DNA of 64,000 nucleotides from an uncultured delta proteobacterium (GCA_963745035.1 CAVUVW010000027.1:256001-320000); one strand, 5' to 3'; counted from the stretch's first letter, positions 10,971 to 21,396 are shown. Program-made: numbers and translations. The notes: a model not told the origin generated them from the sequence alone.

Positions 10971-11033
10971 CGATTAAATCGATACTAATATCAAAAAAAC
11001 GTGATTGACAAGCTAGCGTTCGAGCGAAATACT
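10969..11033 (+). promoter_or_regulatory. LysR T-N11-A operator and probable sigma70 promoter of the catabolic cluster
   Basis: Palindrome ATCGAT-TAA-ATCGAT (10969-10983) overlapping the lysR start; TTGACA at 11005-11010 and AATACT 17 bp later. Confidence 0.6.
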
Positions 11034-11090
11034 TCGCGCACAATTGGCCATCCGAGGCCATCGACACAACGGCGTGGAAGGACTCGTATT

Positions 11091-12086
11091 ATGATCGGAC
11101 CATTGGGCGCGGCAGTTTTTCTTTTCGTAGCTATCTTTGCGGCGACAGCCGAGGCGCAGGAGCGGCTGCAGCGAATCAACTTTTCATATCCTTCATTGAC
11201 GAAGACCCGCGTTGCCTTGTGGATCGGCAAAGACGCAAAGATTTTCGAGAAGTACGGGCTCGACGTTAATTTGGTCGTCATTCGCTCGGGCAACACCGCG
11301 GTGAGCGCTCTTGTCACCGGAGACATCGACGTTCTCGGCGGTCCCGCTTCGACCTCCATGCTCGCGACCGAAGCGGGCCTGCCGGTGGTCATTATCGGGA
11401 CGTTCGGGCCGGCGTCGCGCAAACTGGTGGTGCCGCCGCGGATTCAGTCGGCCGAAGACCTGCGCGGCAAGACGATCGGCGTCAGCAATTTGGGAACCAT
11501 CATCGATTATTCCGTGCGTCGCGCGCTGCCGAAGCTCGGCTTGACCGTGAAGGACGTGAACATCATTCCCACCGGATTGAGCCAGCCGGTGCAGCGCATG
11601 CTGCTCATGTTTCAAGGAAAAATCGACGCGACTTTGGCTAGCGATGATGAGATCTATGCCATTGAAGCGATGGGTCATAAGGTGAGAGTGCTGGCGGAAT
11701 TGCGCGATCTCGGTGTGCAGAGCAGCTACAGCGATCTTTCGATCATGCGGGATTTTCTCAAAAATCGCCGCGCTGCGGTAAAGTCATTCATGATGGGTTT
11801 CAGCGAAGCGATCGGACTGGCAAAGAAAAACAAGGAAGTCGCGCTGCGCGCCTATCGCAAGTATCTGAAGGCGGAAGATCCGAAACTGCTCGATTTGATG
11901 TACAAGGAATACGTCGCCGAGGCGGCGCCGCTGGTTCCGTATCCGCTTACCGAGGCGATTAAGACCGATATCGAGATCCTTTCCGCGACGCGACCCGGCT
12001 TCAAGAACAAAAGTCCCGGCGATTTCATCGACATCTCGCTGATCAAAGAGCTCGAAAGCGAAGGGTTCTACGCCAAGCTGCGGTAA
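11091..12086 (+). CDS. ABC substrate-binding protein, NMT1/THI5/SsuA-like
   Basis: Signal peptide; FEKYGLDV and LRGKTIGVS motifs. Confidence 0.85.
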   Translation: MIGPLGAAVFLFVAIFAATAEAQERLQRINFSYPSLTKTRVALWIGKDAKIFEKYGLDVNLVVIRSGNTAVSALVTGDIDVLGGPASTSMLATEAGLPVVIIGTFGPASRKLVVPPRIQSAEDLRGKTIGVSNLGTIIDYSVRRALPKLGLTVKDVNIIPTGLSQPVQRMLLMFQGKIDATLASDDEIYAIEAMGHKVRVLAELRDLGVQSSYSDLSIMRDFLKNRRAAVKSFMMGFSEAIGLAKKNKEVALRAYRKYLKAEDPKLLDLMYKEYVAEAAPLVPYPLTEAIKTDIEILSATRPGFKNKSPGDFIDISLIKELESEGFYAKLR

Positions 12087-12106
12087 CCGAGCAAGGATTA
12101 CTGACG

Positions 12107-13120
12107 ATGGCTAAACTTCGTTTAAGCTTCGCCGTCGAGCGAAGCGAGAGAACCCAGCCCCTGATCGACGGCACGATCCAGCCGGAGGGCATCGAGCTCG
12201 TGCCCATCGTCGGCGATCCCTCGGAAATTTTCTGGCGCCAGCTGAAGTTCAATGAATTCGATATTTCGGCGCTGTCTTTTTCGTCCTACATGATCGCCAA
12301 GTCGCAGGGCGCCTCGATGATCGCCATCCCGGTCTTTCCCGCGCGCCGTTTCATGCACACCCAACTCTTCGTGCACGCCGATTCCGGAGTCAAAGAACCC
12401 GGCGATCTGATCGGCAAGAAAATCGGCGTCGGCGAATATCAGCAGACGGCGTGGCTTTGGACCCGGCGGGTTCTGGAGCACGACTTCGGCGTGTCTCAGT
12501 ACAAAGTCCACTGGTACATGGAGCGCTCGGAAGAGTTGAGCCACGGCGGCGCCACGGGTTTCACGCCGCCGAAAGGGATTTCCTTCCAACGCATCCCGCC
12601 CGACAAGAGTCTGGCTTCCATGCTGCTCAGCCACGAGCTCGATGCCGCGCCAGTGCACCGCGCCTTGCAGAAAGGCACGAACATCATCGATCGCTCCACC
12701 CACAACCGCGCCAGCGGCGGCGATTGGAGCAAGATCAAGCCCTTGTTTCCGGACATCTTCGCCGAGGGCGCAAGGTTCGTGAAGCGGCACGGCTACGTGC
12801 CGGCTAGCCATACATACATTCTACGCGGCGACGTTCATGAAAAGTATCCGTGGGTCGCCTTCAGTCTCCTCAAAGCCTTCGTGGAGGCGAAAGAGCACGC
12901 CCGGCAAACACTTGCAGAAAACATTCCTTCAGGATTGTTTTTCGGCCCGCAGTTTCTGGCGAAAAGCCGCGAGATCGTGGGCAACGATCCGTTTGTCTAC
13001 GGTGTGGCGGGCAATCGGAGCATGATCGAGGCGATGATCGATGCGTCCTACGAACAGGGACTCACGGCGCGAAAGTTGAGGATCGACGAGTTGTTTGCCG
13101 GGAGTACATTGGAGCTGTGA
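12107..13120 (+). CDS. 4,5-dihydroxyphthalate decarboxylase-like protein
   Basis: RTQPLIDG, EIFWRQL..EFDIS.LS.SSY, IPVFP.R.F.H, G..EYQQTA, DPF.YG and EQGL motifs; no signal peptide. Confidence 0.8.
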   Translation: MAKLRLSFAVERSERTQPLIDGTIQPEGIELVPIVGDPSEIFWRQLKFNEFDISALSFSSYMIAKSQGASMIAIPVFPARRFMHTQLFVHADSGVKEPGDLIGKKIGVGEYQQTAWLWTRRVLEHDFGVSQYKVHWYMERSEELSHGGATGFTPPKGISFQRIPPDKSLASMLLSHELDAAPVHRALQKGTNIIDRSTHNRASGGDWSKIKPLFPDIFAEGARFVKRHGYVPASHTYILRGDVHEKYPWVAFSLLKAFVEAKEHARQTLAENIPSGLFFGPQFLAKSREIVGNDPFVYGVAGNRSMIEAMIDASYEQGLTARKLRIDELFAGSTLEL

Positions 13121-13140
13121 TGGGATTCGGCGCCGGAGAA

Positions 13141-13172
13141 AAGCAGATCCTTCGGCTTTGCCTCAGGATGAC
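13141..13172. repeat. REP-like element, family A half-copy
   Basis: AAGCAGATCCTTCGGCTTTGCCTCAGGATGAC, similar to copies at 15242, 31107 and 62558. Confidence 0.65.
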
Positions 13173-13233
13173 CTTCTTCTGCGGCGAAGCGCTGGAACAC
13201 AGAATCTGAATTGGACGATGAAGTGAGGATGGA

Positions 13234-14220
13234 ATGAAGGCACGCTGGTTCTTCGCTTTTCTCGGTTGGCTGCTGCTTTCGGCGAACGTGATTCCTGCCT
13301 TGAGCGCAACCAAGCTAACCAATCTGCGGGTTGGGTTGCCGGGGCGGTTGTCGTCCAATTGGCCTCTTTACGTCGCCGCGGAGCGTGGCTTTTTTGCCCA
13401 AGAAGGTTTGAGCGTCGAGCTCATCGCCATGCGCAACGCGACTATTCAGGTGCAGGCGCTGATCGCCGGCGATCTCCAGTTCAATCATAGCTCGGTGGAT
13501 TCCACGGCGCGTGCGTTCACGGCGGGCGCGCCCTTGAGGTTTGTCGGCTCGGCGCAGCAAAAGCCGACCTTTCGCCTGCTCGTCGGCAAAGAGATCAAGG
13601 ATTGGAACGGTTTGCGCGGCAAATTCGTCGCCGCCGGGGCGCCCGGCGGGCTGACCCACGCGCTAGCCGCGGCGATGTTGGATGCGCACGGTCTAAAAAA
13701 GGGAGACTACGATATCTTGAGCATGGGTCTCGACAGCGACCGTTCCAATGCGCTCAAGGCCGGCCGGGTGCAAGCGACTCTTTTGATTCAGCCGGCGGAT
13801 TTCGGCTTGCTCGAGGAAGGTTTTCGTTCCATGGGATTCGTCGGTGATTTTTTGAAAGACTGTGAATACAACGGCTACGTCACGAATGACAAATGGGCAA
13901 AGGAGAACAGCGGCACGGCCGTCGCGTTCATGCGCGCGGTTTTGCGCTCACTCAATTGGCTGCACAATCCCGCCAATCGGGATGAAGCACTGAAGATTCA
14001 CGCGCGCTACATCCCCTTCAAGACCGAGTGGCTGGAAAAGATCCACGATATGCTGATTCGTGAAAAGATGCTCAGCACTGACGGCAGGCCTAATCCCAAG
14101 GGCATCGAGAACCTGCTGCAGATTTCGGTCAAATTCGGCAGCGGCATGAGCGCCGTGCCGCCCTTGGACAAGTGGGTGGATTTGACTTACCTGGATCGCG
14201 CTGCTGCATCGCTCAAATAG
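13234..14220 (+). CDS. ABC substrate-binding protein, NMT1/THI5/TauA-like
   Basis: Signal peptide; YVAAERGFFAQEGL and LRGK motifs. Confidence 0.85.
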   Translation: MKARWFFAFLGWLLLSANVIPALSATKLTNLRVGLPGRLSSNWPLYVAAERGFFAQEGLSVELIAMRNATIQVQALIAGDLQFNHSSVDSTARAFTAGAPLRFVGSAQQKPTFRLLVGKEIKDWNGLRGKFVAAGAPGGLTHALAAAMLDAHGLKKGDYDILSMGLDSDRSNALKAGRVQATLLIQPADFGLLEEGFRSMGFVGDFLKDCEYNGYVTNDKWAKENSGTAVAFMRAVLRSLNWLHNPANRDEALKIHARYIPFKTEWLEKIHDMLIREKMLSTDGRPNPKGIENLLQISVKFGSGMSAVPPLDKWVDLTYLDRAAASLK

Positions 14221-14273
14221 AGACGGTCGGGACGACGGGTGATTCGCGGGGCGCGTCACCAAGATTACGCAAA

Positions 14274-15212
14274 ATGCGGGAAGCAGTACAATTCGGCATC
14301 GCTATTCCTCAGGCATTCGGCAAAGAGCCGGTGGAGACGGGGCTTATCGAGAAGTTCGTCAAGCAGGCCGATACCCTTTGCTATCATAGTCTTTGGGTGC
14401 AAGAGGTCATCGATGCCGCGTTGCTCGAACCCATAAGCCTGCTCACCTATGCGGCGGCGCTGACTCAGCGCATCCGCTTGGGCAGCGCGATCCTGCTGAC
14501 GACTTTGCGTAGTCCGCTGCAAACGGCCAAGACGCTCTCTAGCCTCGATCAGTTGAGTCGCGGCCGGTTGATCATCGGCGTTGGTCTCGGGAGCAACACA
14601 AGCGTTTATCCCGGCTACGGCATCTCGACCGACAAACGGCTGCGGCGCTTCGTCGAAGGAATCGAGTTGATGAAGTTGCTTTGGACCGAAGAACGGGTGC
14701 GCCGTGAGAACGAGTTTTGGAAGCTTAACGACGAACGCGTGGAGCCGAAGCCTGTGCAAAAACCTCATCCACCGCTGTGGTTCGGCGGCAGTCACCCAAA
14801 CGCTTTGCGCCGGGCAGTGAGGCTCGGTGACGGCTGGTTGGGCGGACGCACATCCACCGACAAATTCCGCGCCCAGGTGGCGGGCGTGCGGCAGGCTCTC
14901 GAAGAATTCAAGCGGGATCCGGCGACCTTCATGATCGGCAAACGCGTTTACATCGCGGTCGATAAGGACACGGCGCGGGCGGAGCGAAAGCTGAATGAAT
15001 GGTTCAATCAAGTCTATGGAGTAGGCGATATCGCGAGCTCTGCGGCGATCTACGGCGGCGAGCAGGAATGCGTCGACAAACTCGGGGAGCTCGTTGCGGC
15101 GGGGGCAAAATTGCTGATTCTCAATCCGGTGTCAGAGCATTTGGAGCATTTGCAATGCTTGGAGAGCGATGTTTTGCCGAAGGTCCGTTCGGGCTCGGGC
15201 CAGCTTGCCTGA
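14274..15212 (+). CDS. LLM-class (luciferase-like, possibly F420-dependent) oxidoreductase
   Basis: AAALTQRIRLG, LDQLSRGRL..G.G and PKPVQKPHPPLWFGG motifs. Confidence 0.88.
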   Translation: MREAVQFGIAIPQAFGKEPVETGLIEKFVKQADTLCYHSLWVQEVIDAALLEPISLLTYAAALTQRIRLGSAILLTTLRSPLQTAKTLSSLDQLSRGRLIIGVGLGSNTSVYPGYGISTDKRLRRFVEGIELMKLLWTEERVRRENEFWKLNDERVEPKPVQKPHPPLWFGGSHPNALRRAVRLGDGWLGGRTSTDKFRAQVAGVRQALEEFKRDPATFMIGKRVYIAVDKDTARAERKLNEWFNQVYGVGDIASSAAIYGGEQECVDKLGELVAAGAKLLILNPVSEHLEHLQCLESDVLPKVRSGSGQLA

Positions 15213-15241
15213 GGACTATCTTGCGATGTGCGAAAACCAGG

Positions 15242-15321
15242 TGTCATGCGGAGCGAAAGCGAAGCATCTGCTTTTTCTGTGACCGGTGGAAAGCAGATTC
15301 TTCGCCTCGCCTCAGAATAAC
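15242..15321. repeat. REP-like inverted pair, family A
   Basis: TGTCATGCGGAGCGAAAGCGAAGCATCTGCTTT ... AAAGCAGATTCTTCGCCTCGCCTCAGAATAAC forms an imperfect long hairpin. Confidence 0.65.
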
Positions 15322-15349
15322 GTCCTGCTAGTCTTTAACGGAGGGGCAA

Positions 15350-16390
15350 ATGGCGGCAACAATTCTCTACGTTTCCGGTGATGAGGGCGTTGCGGCGTTC
15401 AGGAAGAATGGCGGCGACTGGAAACTCGAAGCTCAAGGCTTGAAGGATTGGTCCGTGCCCAAGGTCGGCGTTACACCGTCGATGCCGGGGCGCATCTTCG
15501 CGGGCACGCGCGGCGATGGTGTTTGGCTGAGTGAAGATTTCGGTAAGAAGTGGACCAAGCCTTCTTATGGTAGACGCGGTCCGGGCAAGGTTCGCTGCGT
15601 CGCCGTTCATCCGCGCGATCCGAACACAGTCTACGCGGGCTGCGAGCCGATCGATATTTACATGAGCGTCGATGGGGCGAAGAACTGGACGACGCTCGAG
15701 TCGGCGCGAGCTACTCCGGGCGTCGCGGAGTTCGGTTATCCCTTGGCCAACGTCGAGCCGCACGTGCGCGACATTGTTTTCGATCCGGAAAATTCGGACA
15801 TTCTCTACGCCGCGCTGCAAGTCGGATTCATGATCAAGAGCGCGGACGGCGGCAAGACGTGGAAGCTGCTCGACAAGGGACTCGATGCCGATGTTCACGC
15901 CATCGTGATCGATCCGCGTAACCCCAAGCGGATTTTTATCGCCAGCGGCGGCGATTCCTACCGGGCCGGCCAAGCGCCCGGCAGATCGCTCTACGTAAGT
16001 GAGGACGGCGGCGAGTCCTGGTCGCCGACCGCGATGAACTTCCAGGAAGAATACTCCGTGCCGTTAGTCATGAACCCGAAAAATCCAAAAGTTCTATACA
16101 CGGCGCTGGCGCACGGCAGCCCGGGATCCTGGCGCCGTCCGAGCGGCGCGGAGGCGTGCCTGCTCAAGAGCGAAGACGAGGGCACAAGCTGGCGAAAGCT
16201 CAGCCACGGACCGAACGACGGCGGCAAGAGTTTCACCGAAGTGTTGGCGATCGACGAGGAATCTCCGGATCATATGTATGCGGGCACGCGCGGCGGCGAC
16301 ATCTATGCGAGCGAGGATGCCGGCGAGAGCTGGCGCAAACTCGAAATCAAAGTGCCATCGATTTCAGATATGAAGTGCGTTCACGACTGA
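15350..16390 (+). CDS. BNR/Asp-box beta-propeller protein (WD40/YVTN-like), cytoplasmic
   Basis: Repeated SxDxGxxW boxes (SEDFGKKW, SVDGAKNW, SADGGKTW, SEDGGESW, SEDEGTSW, SEDAGESW); no signal peptide. Confidence 0.85.
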   Translation: MAATILYVSGDEGVAAFRKNGGDWKLEAQGLKDWSVPKVGVTPSMPGRIFAGTRGDGVWLSEDFGKKWTKPSYGRRGPGKVRCVAVHPRDPNTVYAGCEPIDIYMSVDGAKNWTTLESARATPGVAEFGYPLANVEPHVRDIVFDPENSDILYAALQVGFMIKSADGGKTWKLLDKGLDADVHAIVIDPRNPKRIFIASGGDSYRAGQAPGRSLYVSEDGGESWSPTAMNFQEEYSVPLVMNPKNPKVLYTALAHGSPGSWRRPSGAEACLLKSEDEGTSWRKLSHGPNDGGKSFTEVLAIDEESPDHMYAGTRGGDIYASEDAGESWRKLEIKVPSISDMKCVHD

Positions 16391-16435
16391 TGCAGCGATA
16401 ACACCTCGATTGTTTTTGTTTCTCAAAGGACGCGC

Positions 16436-17729
16436 ATGGAAAATAGTCACAGGCTGTCAGGAAAATACGCGATCGCCGGATTGGGTATGGTCATCGGCGT
16501 TCCGGATAAAGAGCTCGAGCAGCGCAGAGCCGCGCTGCCGCACCATCCCATGCTCGCAAACGCGGTGGGGTCGCCGCTCGGCGATCTAGTTGCCAAGGAC
16601 CTCGAAGCGGAGGCGGCGCGGCGTGCCATCGAAGACGCGGGTTTGACGGTTCAGGATATCGACGGCGCGGTGCACGTGCACGGCGGGCCGCGAAGCGGCG
16701 GCGGCACGACGACTCACCTCGATGCGTTTCCGCGCATGCTCGGCTGTCCGGTGAATTTTTATTATCTGGTCGGCCGGGGCGGTGCCTGGGGCACGATGGG
16801 GATCGTCAGCGCGCTGTCGTTTCTCGAACTCGGCTTGGCGAAATACGTGGTGATCGCCGGGTCTACCGAGGACTGGACGCGCAGCCACAGCTAATGAGTT
16901 TCGTGGCCAGGGCAATCGCGGCCATATTCAGCCGTCGACCGTGAGCAGCATGTGGAGCCTGCCCTTCGGCCGCACGGCGGCGGCGCACGAGCACAGCATG
17001 TTCGCTTCGCGCCATCGCCACGAGTACGGCACTACTGAAAGACAATTTGGCTCTGCCGCAATTCAGGTACGCGAATGGGCATGCAAGAATCCGCTAGCGC
17101 GCATGTACGGCCGGCCGGCGACGATCGAGGATTATCTGACTTCGCCGAGCTACATCTGGCCGTATCACGTGATGGACATGGCGGTCTCTTCCGACGGCGC
17201 CATTGCGTTCGTCCTGACCTCGCTGGAACGCGCGCGCGACTGCGCGAAAAAACCTGTCGGGGTAATGGGCATCGGCTTCGGCGACTCGCAGGGCGGGCAA
17301 TGGTGGGAAGGCGCGACGCACTATACGAAGCTCCCGGTAGCGAAAGCCAAAGAAGCCGCCTTCGGCCAGGCCGGTATTCAGCTCGCCGACGTGGACGTCG
17401 CGGAGCTTTATGACTGCTTTACCGCCGAGTTGATTATGCAGATGGAAGACTACGGCTGGTGCGCGAAAGGCGAGGGCGGAGCGTTTGTCGAGGCGGGCCA
17501 TATCGGCCCTGGTGGTGGGACGCCGGTCAACACCAGCGGCGGGCTTTTGTCCGCCTATCATCTAGCCGATCTCACCGGCATCTCGGAATCGGTTTTCCAG
17601 TTGCGCGGCGAAGCCCTGGAACGCCAAGTCGAGGGCGCGCGCGTGGCGCTGGTGAGCGGCCACGGCGGCGAAGTGATTTCTCCCGGCATGTGTTCGCTTC
17701 ATTCGAGCCTGGTTTTGGGCGTGTACTAA
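16436..17729 (+). CDS. Thiolase-fold protein (SCP2/Ltp2 type), frameshift near 16888
   Basis: AIAGLG, SDGAIA, DVAELYDCFT, PVNTSGGLLS and QLRGEA..RQV motifs; frames join near 16885-16890. Confidence 0.85.
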
Positions 17730-17738
17730 GGAGTCAAC

Positions 17739-18188
17739 ATGGCGTGGAAGAAGCCGGCACCGTATACAAGAGGAACGCTGCGGCCCTTTTGGGATGGCCT
17801 GAAGGAGCGGCGGTTTCTTTTGCCCAGGTGTAACACCTGCGGCACCTGGTATTTTCCGCCGGCGTTTTGCAAGAACCACAAGAATGAGCCGTTCTTCGGC
17901 AGCCTGTCATGGACGGCGGCGAGCGGCCGCGGCAAAATCGTCGCATTCAATATTACCAAGACGGCTTTGCGCTCGGCGTTCAAAGACGACGTGCCTTACG
18001 TTTACGCGTTGATTCGCCTGGAAGAAGGGCCGATCATTTCCAGCAACATCATCAATTGCGAAGCCGGCTCGGTTTACATCGATATGCCGGTGAGCATTGT
18101 GTTTTGGAACATCGACGACTTGGACTGCACGATTCCTTACTTCGAGCCGGATCTTACGGCGGTCCAGGGCATTCCTGCACAGCCATGA
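17739..18188 (+). CDS. DUF35 Zn-ribbon/OB-fold protein (ChsH2-like thiolase partner)
   Basis: PFWDG..RCNTCG..FPP..FC, SGRG and PY..A.I.LEEGP motifs; directly follows the thiolase. Confidence 0.88.
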   Translation: MAWKKPAPYTRGTLRPFWDGLKERRFLLPRCNTCGTWYFPPAFCKNHKNEPFFGSLSWTAASGRGKIVAFNITKTALRSAFKDDVPYVYALIRLEEGPIISSNIINCEAGSVYIDMPVSIVFWNIDDLDCTIPYFEPDLTAVQGIPAQP

Positions 18189-20326
18189 GCGATTTCGATT
18201 GGAAGTCCGATCTCGCTCCGCTTCTCAATCCCCAATCCATCGCCCTAATCGGCGCCTCGGAAAATTCCGCATGGTCGAGCGCGCTCGTGCAAAATCTGCG
18301 CGAGCTCGGCTACGGCGGCAAACTCTATCCGATCAACCCAAAGCGCCAGGAGGTTTTCGGTCTCCCATGCTACCCGTCGGTCATCGACATTCCGGGGCCG
18401 GTGGATGCTTTTGTCATCGCGATTTCGCGGGATTTAATCCTGCCGGTGCTGCAAGAATGCGCGCGCAAGGAAATTCGCTCCGGCGTGATCATCTCGGCGG
18501 GCTTCGCCGAAGCTTCGGACGAAGGCAAGGCGATTCAACAGAAGATCGTCGATATCGCCATCGAGTCGAAGATGCGCGTCTGCGGCCCCAATAGTTTTGG
18601 CGTTGCCAATCTGCACGCACGCGTTTCGCTGATTGCCAGCTCCGAGGTCCGCTATCTGAAGTCCGGCGGCATTTCGCTGGTTTTTCAGAGCGGCGGTTTG
18701 CTCAACGCGGCGTTGCTTGCGGCTTGGGACCGGAGCTGGGGCGTAAACTGCACGGTTTCGTGCGGCAACGAAGCGGTGCTCAATATTGCCGATTATGCCG
18801 ATTACCTGATTCGTGACGAAAACACTCGCGTGCTTGGTATCCTCACCGAAGGCTTTAGGGATCCGGAGAAATTTCTGCGCGTGGCTAAGCTGGCAGCCGA
18901 GCTGCGCAAGCCGATGGTTGTCCTGAAACTCGGCAAGTCGGCGAAGGGCAAGCACGCGGCCCAGGCGCACACCGGAACCTTGGTTGGCTCGGACGCGGTT
19001 TATACCGCGGTCTGCAAGCAGCACGCGCTCACGCGCGTGGTCGATTTGGATGAATTTATCGAGACGGTCGAGTTGTTCTCCAAGTCGAAGAGATTGCGCG
19101 GTCATCGCGCCGCCGTGATCGTGCCCTCGGGAGCCGAATGCGGTTTGGTCGCCGATACAGCGGAAGACGCCGGGGTGGAGCTGCCGGAGTTGTCCGCGGC
19201 GACTGTAGAAAAGCTTTCGACGACCAAGTCGGATTACCTTTCCATTCGCAACCCGCTCAACGCGCCGGAGCGCTACGTCCGGCGCGGAGACGTCTTCAAG
19301 CAATGGATCCAGGCTCTAGTCGACGATGAAAACCTGGACATCGTCGGATTGAGGCTGCCTTTACCGAGGCGGCGCGAGGATGAAGATGTCATCGCTCGCT
19401 TTCGGGACTTGGCCGAGATTGCGCGTCGGACGGAAAAATTGATCGTGTTGTTTTCCCGCGCATCGATCAGCCTGCCGGAATATTGGCGCAGGCTTTTGGC
19501 CGAACATGAAATTCCATTTCTGCTGGAATACCGGCGCGGCTTCAGAGCGCTCAGGTCGCTGATCGACTATGAGCGGTTCTTGAACCGTGCGTGTGAGACG
19601 GCCAGTGAGATCGGCGGCGGTATCGATCGAGAAAAATGTGCACGTCTTCTTTCCGGCGGCGGAAAGTTGACTGAGCGACAAGGGAAGGAGTTTTTAGCTG
19701 CGTCCGGCATACCTGTCACACGCGAAGCGCTGGCGGGAAGCGAGGAAGAGGCCGCCGTCTTGGGCAAAAACATTGGCTACCCGGTGGTGCTCAAGATCGA
19801 ATCCACCGATATTGCACACAAGACCGAAGCCGGAGGGGTGAAAATTGGTATTCAAGACGAAGCCGCGCTACGCCTCGGGTATCAGGAGATTCTGCGCAAC
19901 GCTCAGTCTCATCAGCCGAACGCCATCATAGCTGGAGTGGTGGTCCAGGAAATGATCCGCGGCGGCAAAGAAATGATCGTCGGGATGAGCCGCGATCCAC
20001 AGTTTGGTCCGGTGATCGTGGTCGGTATCGGCGGTATCTTTGTCGAGGCGCTGCAAGACGTGGCGATGAGAGTTGCGCCTTTGACAAAAGGCGATGCGCT
20101 CGACATGCTCGGCGAGCTCAAGGGATACCGGCTGCTCCAGGGAATGCGCGGCGAGCCGGCAAGCGACATCGATGCGCTCGCCGAGGCGCTCTGCAGGTTC
20201 TCGCGGCTTGCGATGGGTGCGCCGGATGAGATCGCCGAAATCGATGTTAATCCGCTGGTGGTTCTCGAAGAGGGCAGGGGAGTTGTTGCGCTGGACTGTC
20301 TTATGACACGCAGGAGATCGGCGTGA
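18185..20326 (+). CDS. ADP-forming acyl-CoA synthetase (acetate-CoA ligase family, fused alpha/beta)
   Basis: SIALIGAS, GPNS.G, QSGG, phospho-His AHTG, and ATP-grasp motifs HKTEAGGV, DPQFGP and EIDVNPL. Confidence 0.9.
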   Translation: MSDFDWKSDLAPLLNPQSIALIGASENSAWSSALVQNLRELGYGGKLYPINPKRQEVFGLPCYPSVIDIPGPVDAFVIAISRDLILPVLQECARKEIRSGVIISAGFAEASDEGKAIQQKIVDIAIESKMRVCGPNSFGVANLHARVSLIASSEVRYLKSGGISLVFQSGGLLNAALLAAWDRSWGVNCTVSCGNEAVLNIADYADYLIRDENTRVLGILTEGFRDPEKFLRVAKLAAELRKPMVVLKLGKSAKGKHAAQAHTGTLVGSDAVYTAVCKQHALTRVVDLDEFIETVELFSKSKRLRGHRAAVIVPSGAECGLVADTAEDAGVELPELSAATVEKLSTTKSDYLSIRNPLNAPERYVRRGDVFKQWIQALVDDENLDIVGLRLPLPRRREDEDVIARFRDLAEIARRTEKLIVLFSRASISLPEYWRRLLAEHEIPFLLEYRRGFRALRSLIDYERFLNRACETASEIGGGIDREKCARLLSGGGKLTERQGKEFLAASGIPVTREALAGSEEEAAVLGKNIGYPVVLKIESTDIAHKTEAGGVKIGIQDEAALRLGYQEILRNAQSHQPNAIIAGVVVQEMIRGGKEMIVGMSRDPQFGPVIVVGIGGIFVEALQDVAMRVAPLTKGDALDMLGELKGYRLLQGMRGEPASDIDALAEALCRFSRLAMGAPDEIAEIDVNPLVVLEEGRGVVALDCLMTRRRSA

Positions 20327-21396
20327 AGATTGAAAAACTGACCTTTACTCCGCACCGTCTGAAACGACGCGGCCGCTGGCAGACCGCAAGTTATACGGCG
20401 GATTACGTCAACGTATTCTACGTCGAGATTCACACCGACCAGGGTGTCACCGGCCTGGGTGCCGGCTCGGTGATCCCCAACCTGCGTGGCGATCCGTTTC
20501 TGGACGGACTCGAGGCGGTCAAGGCCGCGACCAACGAGCTTTTCATCGGCAAGGATCCGCGGGAGATCGCTCCGCTATTCGCTTCGCTCCAGCGAGCTGT
20601 GCCTGGGTTCACGCGCCACAAGGCAGGGATCGAGCTTGGGCTGTTCGATTTGCTGGGCAAGCTATACGGCGTTTCGTTATCGACTTTGCTCGGCGGCGGC
20701 GCGCACGCGGCGATTCCCGCGCTCAAAATGCTCAGCATGGGCAGCGCCGCCGAAATGGCCGAGACGGCCGCCGCGTACGTTCAGCAGGGCTATCGCAATC
20801 TAAAACTGAAGCTCGGCACCGGCGCAGCCGGTGACCTGGAGCGTTTTCGGGCGGTGCGCAGCACGGTCGGCTCGGAGGTGACGCTGACGGTGGACTTCAA
20901 CGGCGCGTACGATGCCGCGGCGGCCACAGCCGTAATCAAGTCGTTGGAGCCGCTGGGAATGTTGCTGGTCGAACAGCCGGTCAAGGGCACGGATCTCGAC
21001 GGAATGGCGCAGGTCACGCGGGCGGTGGAAACCCCCGTTCTTGCCGATCAAGAAGTGCAGACGGCCGCCGAGGTTTATCAAATCGCGCGGGACCGGATTG
21101 CCGACGCGGTGAGCATCAAGCTGCTCAAGTTCGGCGGATTGCAGGAGAGCATCGCCGCCGCGCGCGTCTGCGCGGCGGCGGGGCTGCGCTGCCACGTCGG
21201 CGGCACGGCGTCATCGAGTGTGGTCGACGCCGCTCAGGTCCATTTCGTCAGCGCGACGGGTAATGTAGTGCTGCCCGCAGAAGTCGCGGAGTTTACCGCC
21301 TTGGATGGTGATCTGGTCGAAGGTTTGGAAGTGATCGACGGCGCCGTCCGTGTCCCCACCGGTCCTGGCCTCGGCGTCCGCTTGACAATTCAGTGA
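20323..21396 (+). CDS. Enolase-superfamily protein, muconate-lactonizing enzyme/epimerase subgroup
   Basis: KLK motif, metal ligands D(FN), E(QP) and D(Q), IKLLKFGG, and C-terminal PTGPGLG. Confidence 0.85.
   Translation: MKIEKLTFTPHRLKRRGRWQTASYTADYVNVFYVEIHTDQGVTGLGAGSVIPNLRGDPFLDGLEAVKAATNELFIGKDPREIAPLFASLQRAVPGFTRHKAGIELGLFDLLGKLYGVSLSTLLGGGAHAAIPALKMLSMGSAAEMAETAAAYVQQGYRNLKLKLGTGAAGDLERFRAVRSTVGSEVTLTVDFNGAYDAAAATAVIKSLEPLGMLLVEQPVKGTDLDGMAQVTRAVETPVLADQEVQTAAEVYQIARDRIADAVSIKLLKFGGLQESIAAARVCAAAGLRCHVGGTASSSVVDAAQVHFVSATGNVVLPAEVAEFTALDGDLVEGLEVIDGAVRVPTGPGLGVRLTIQ

Noticed and set aside
16885-16941. Possible stop readthrough or selenocysteine (TAATGA) in the thiolase
   Set aside because: The two halves are in different frames and the downstream frame is open through this region, so it is a simple indel.
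17909-18184. Long N-terminal extension on the acyl-CoA ligase
   Set aside because: It overlaps the DUF35 gene in another frame; the real start is ATG 18185.
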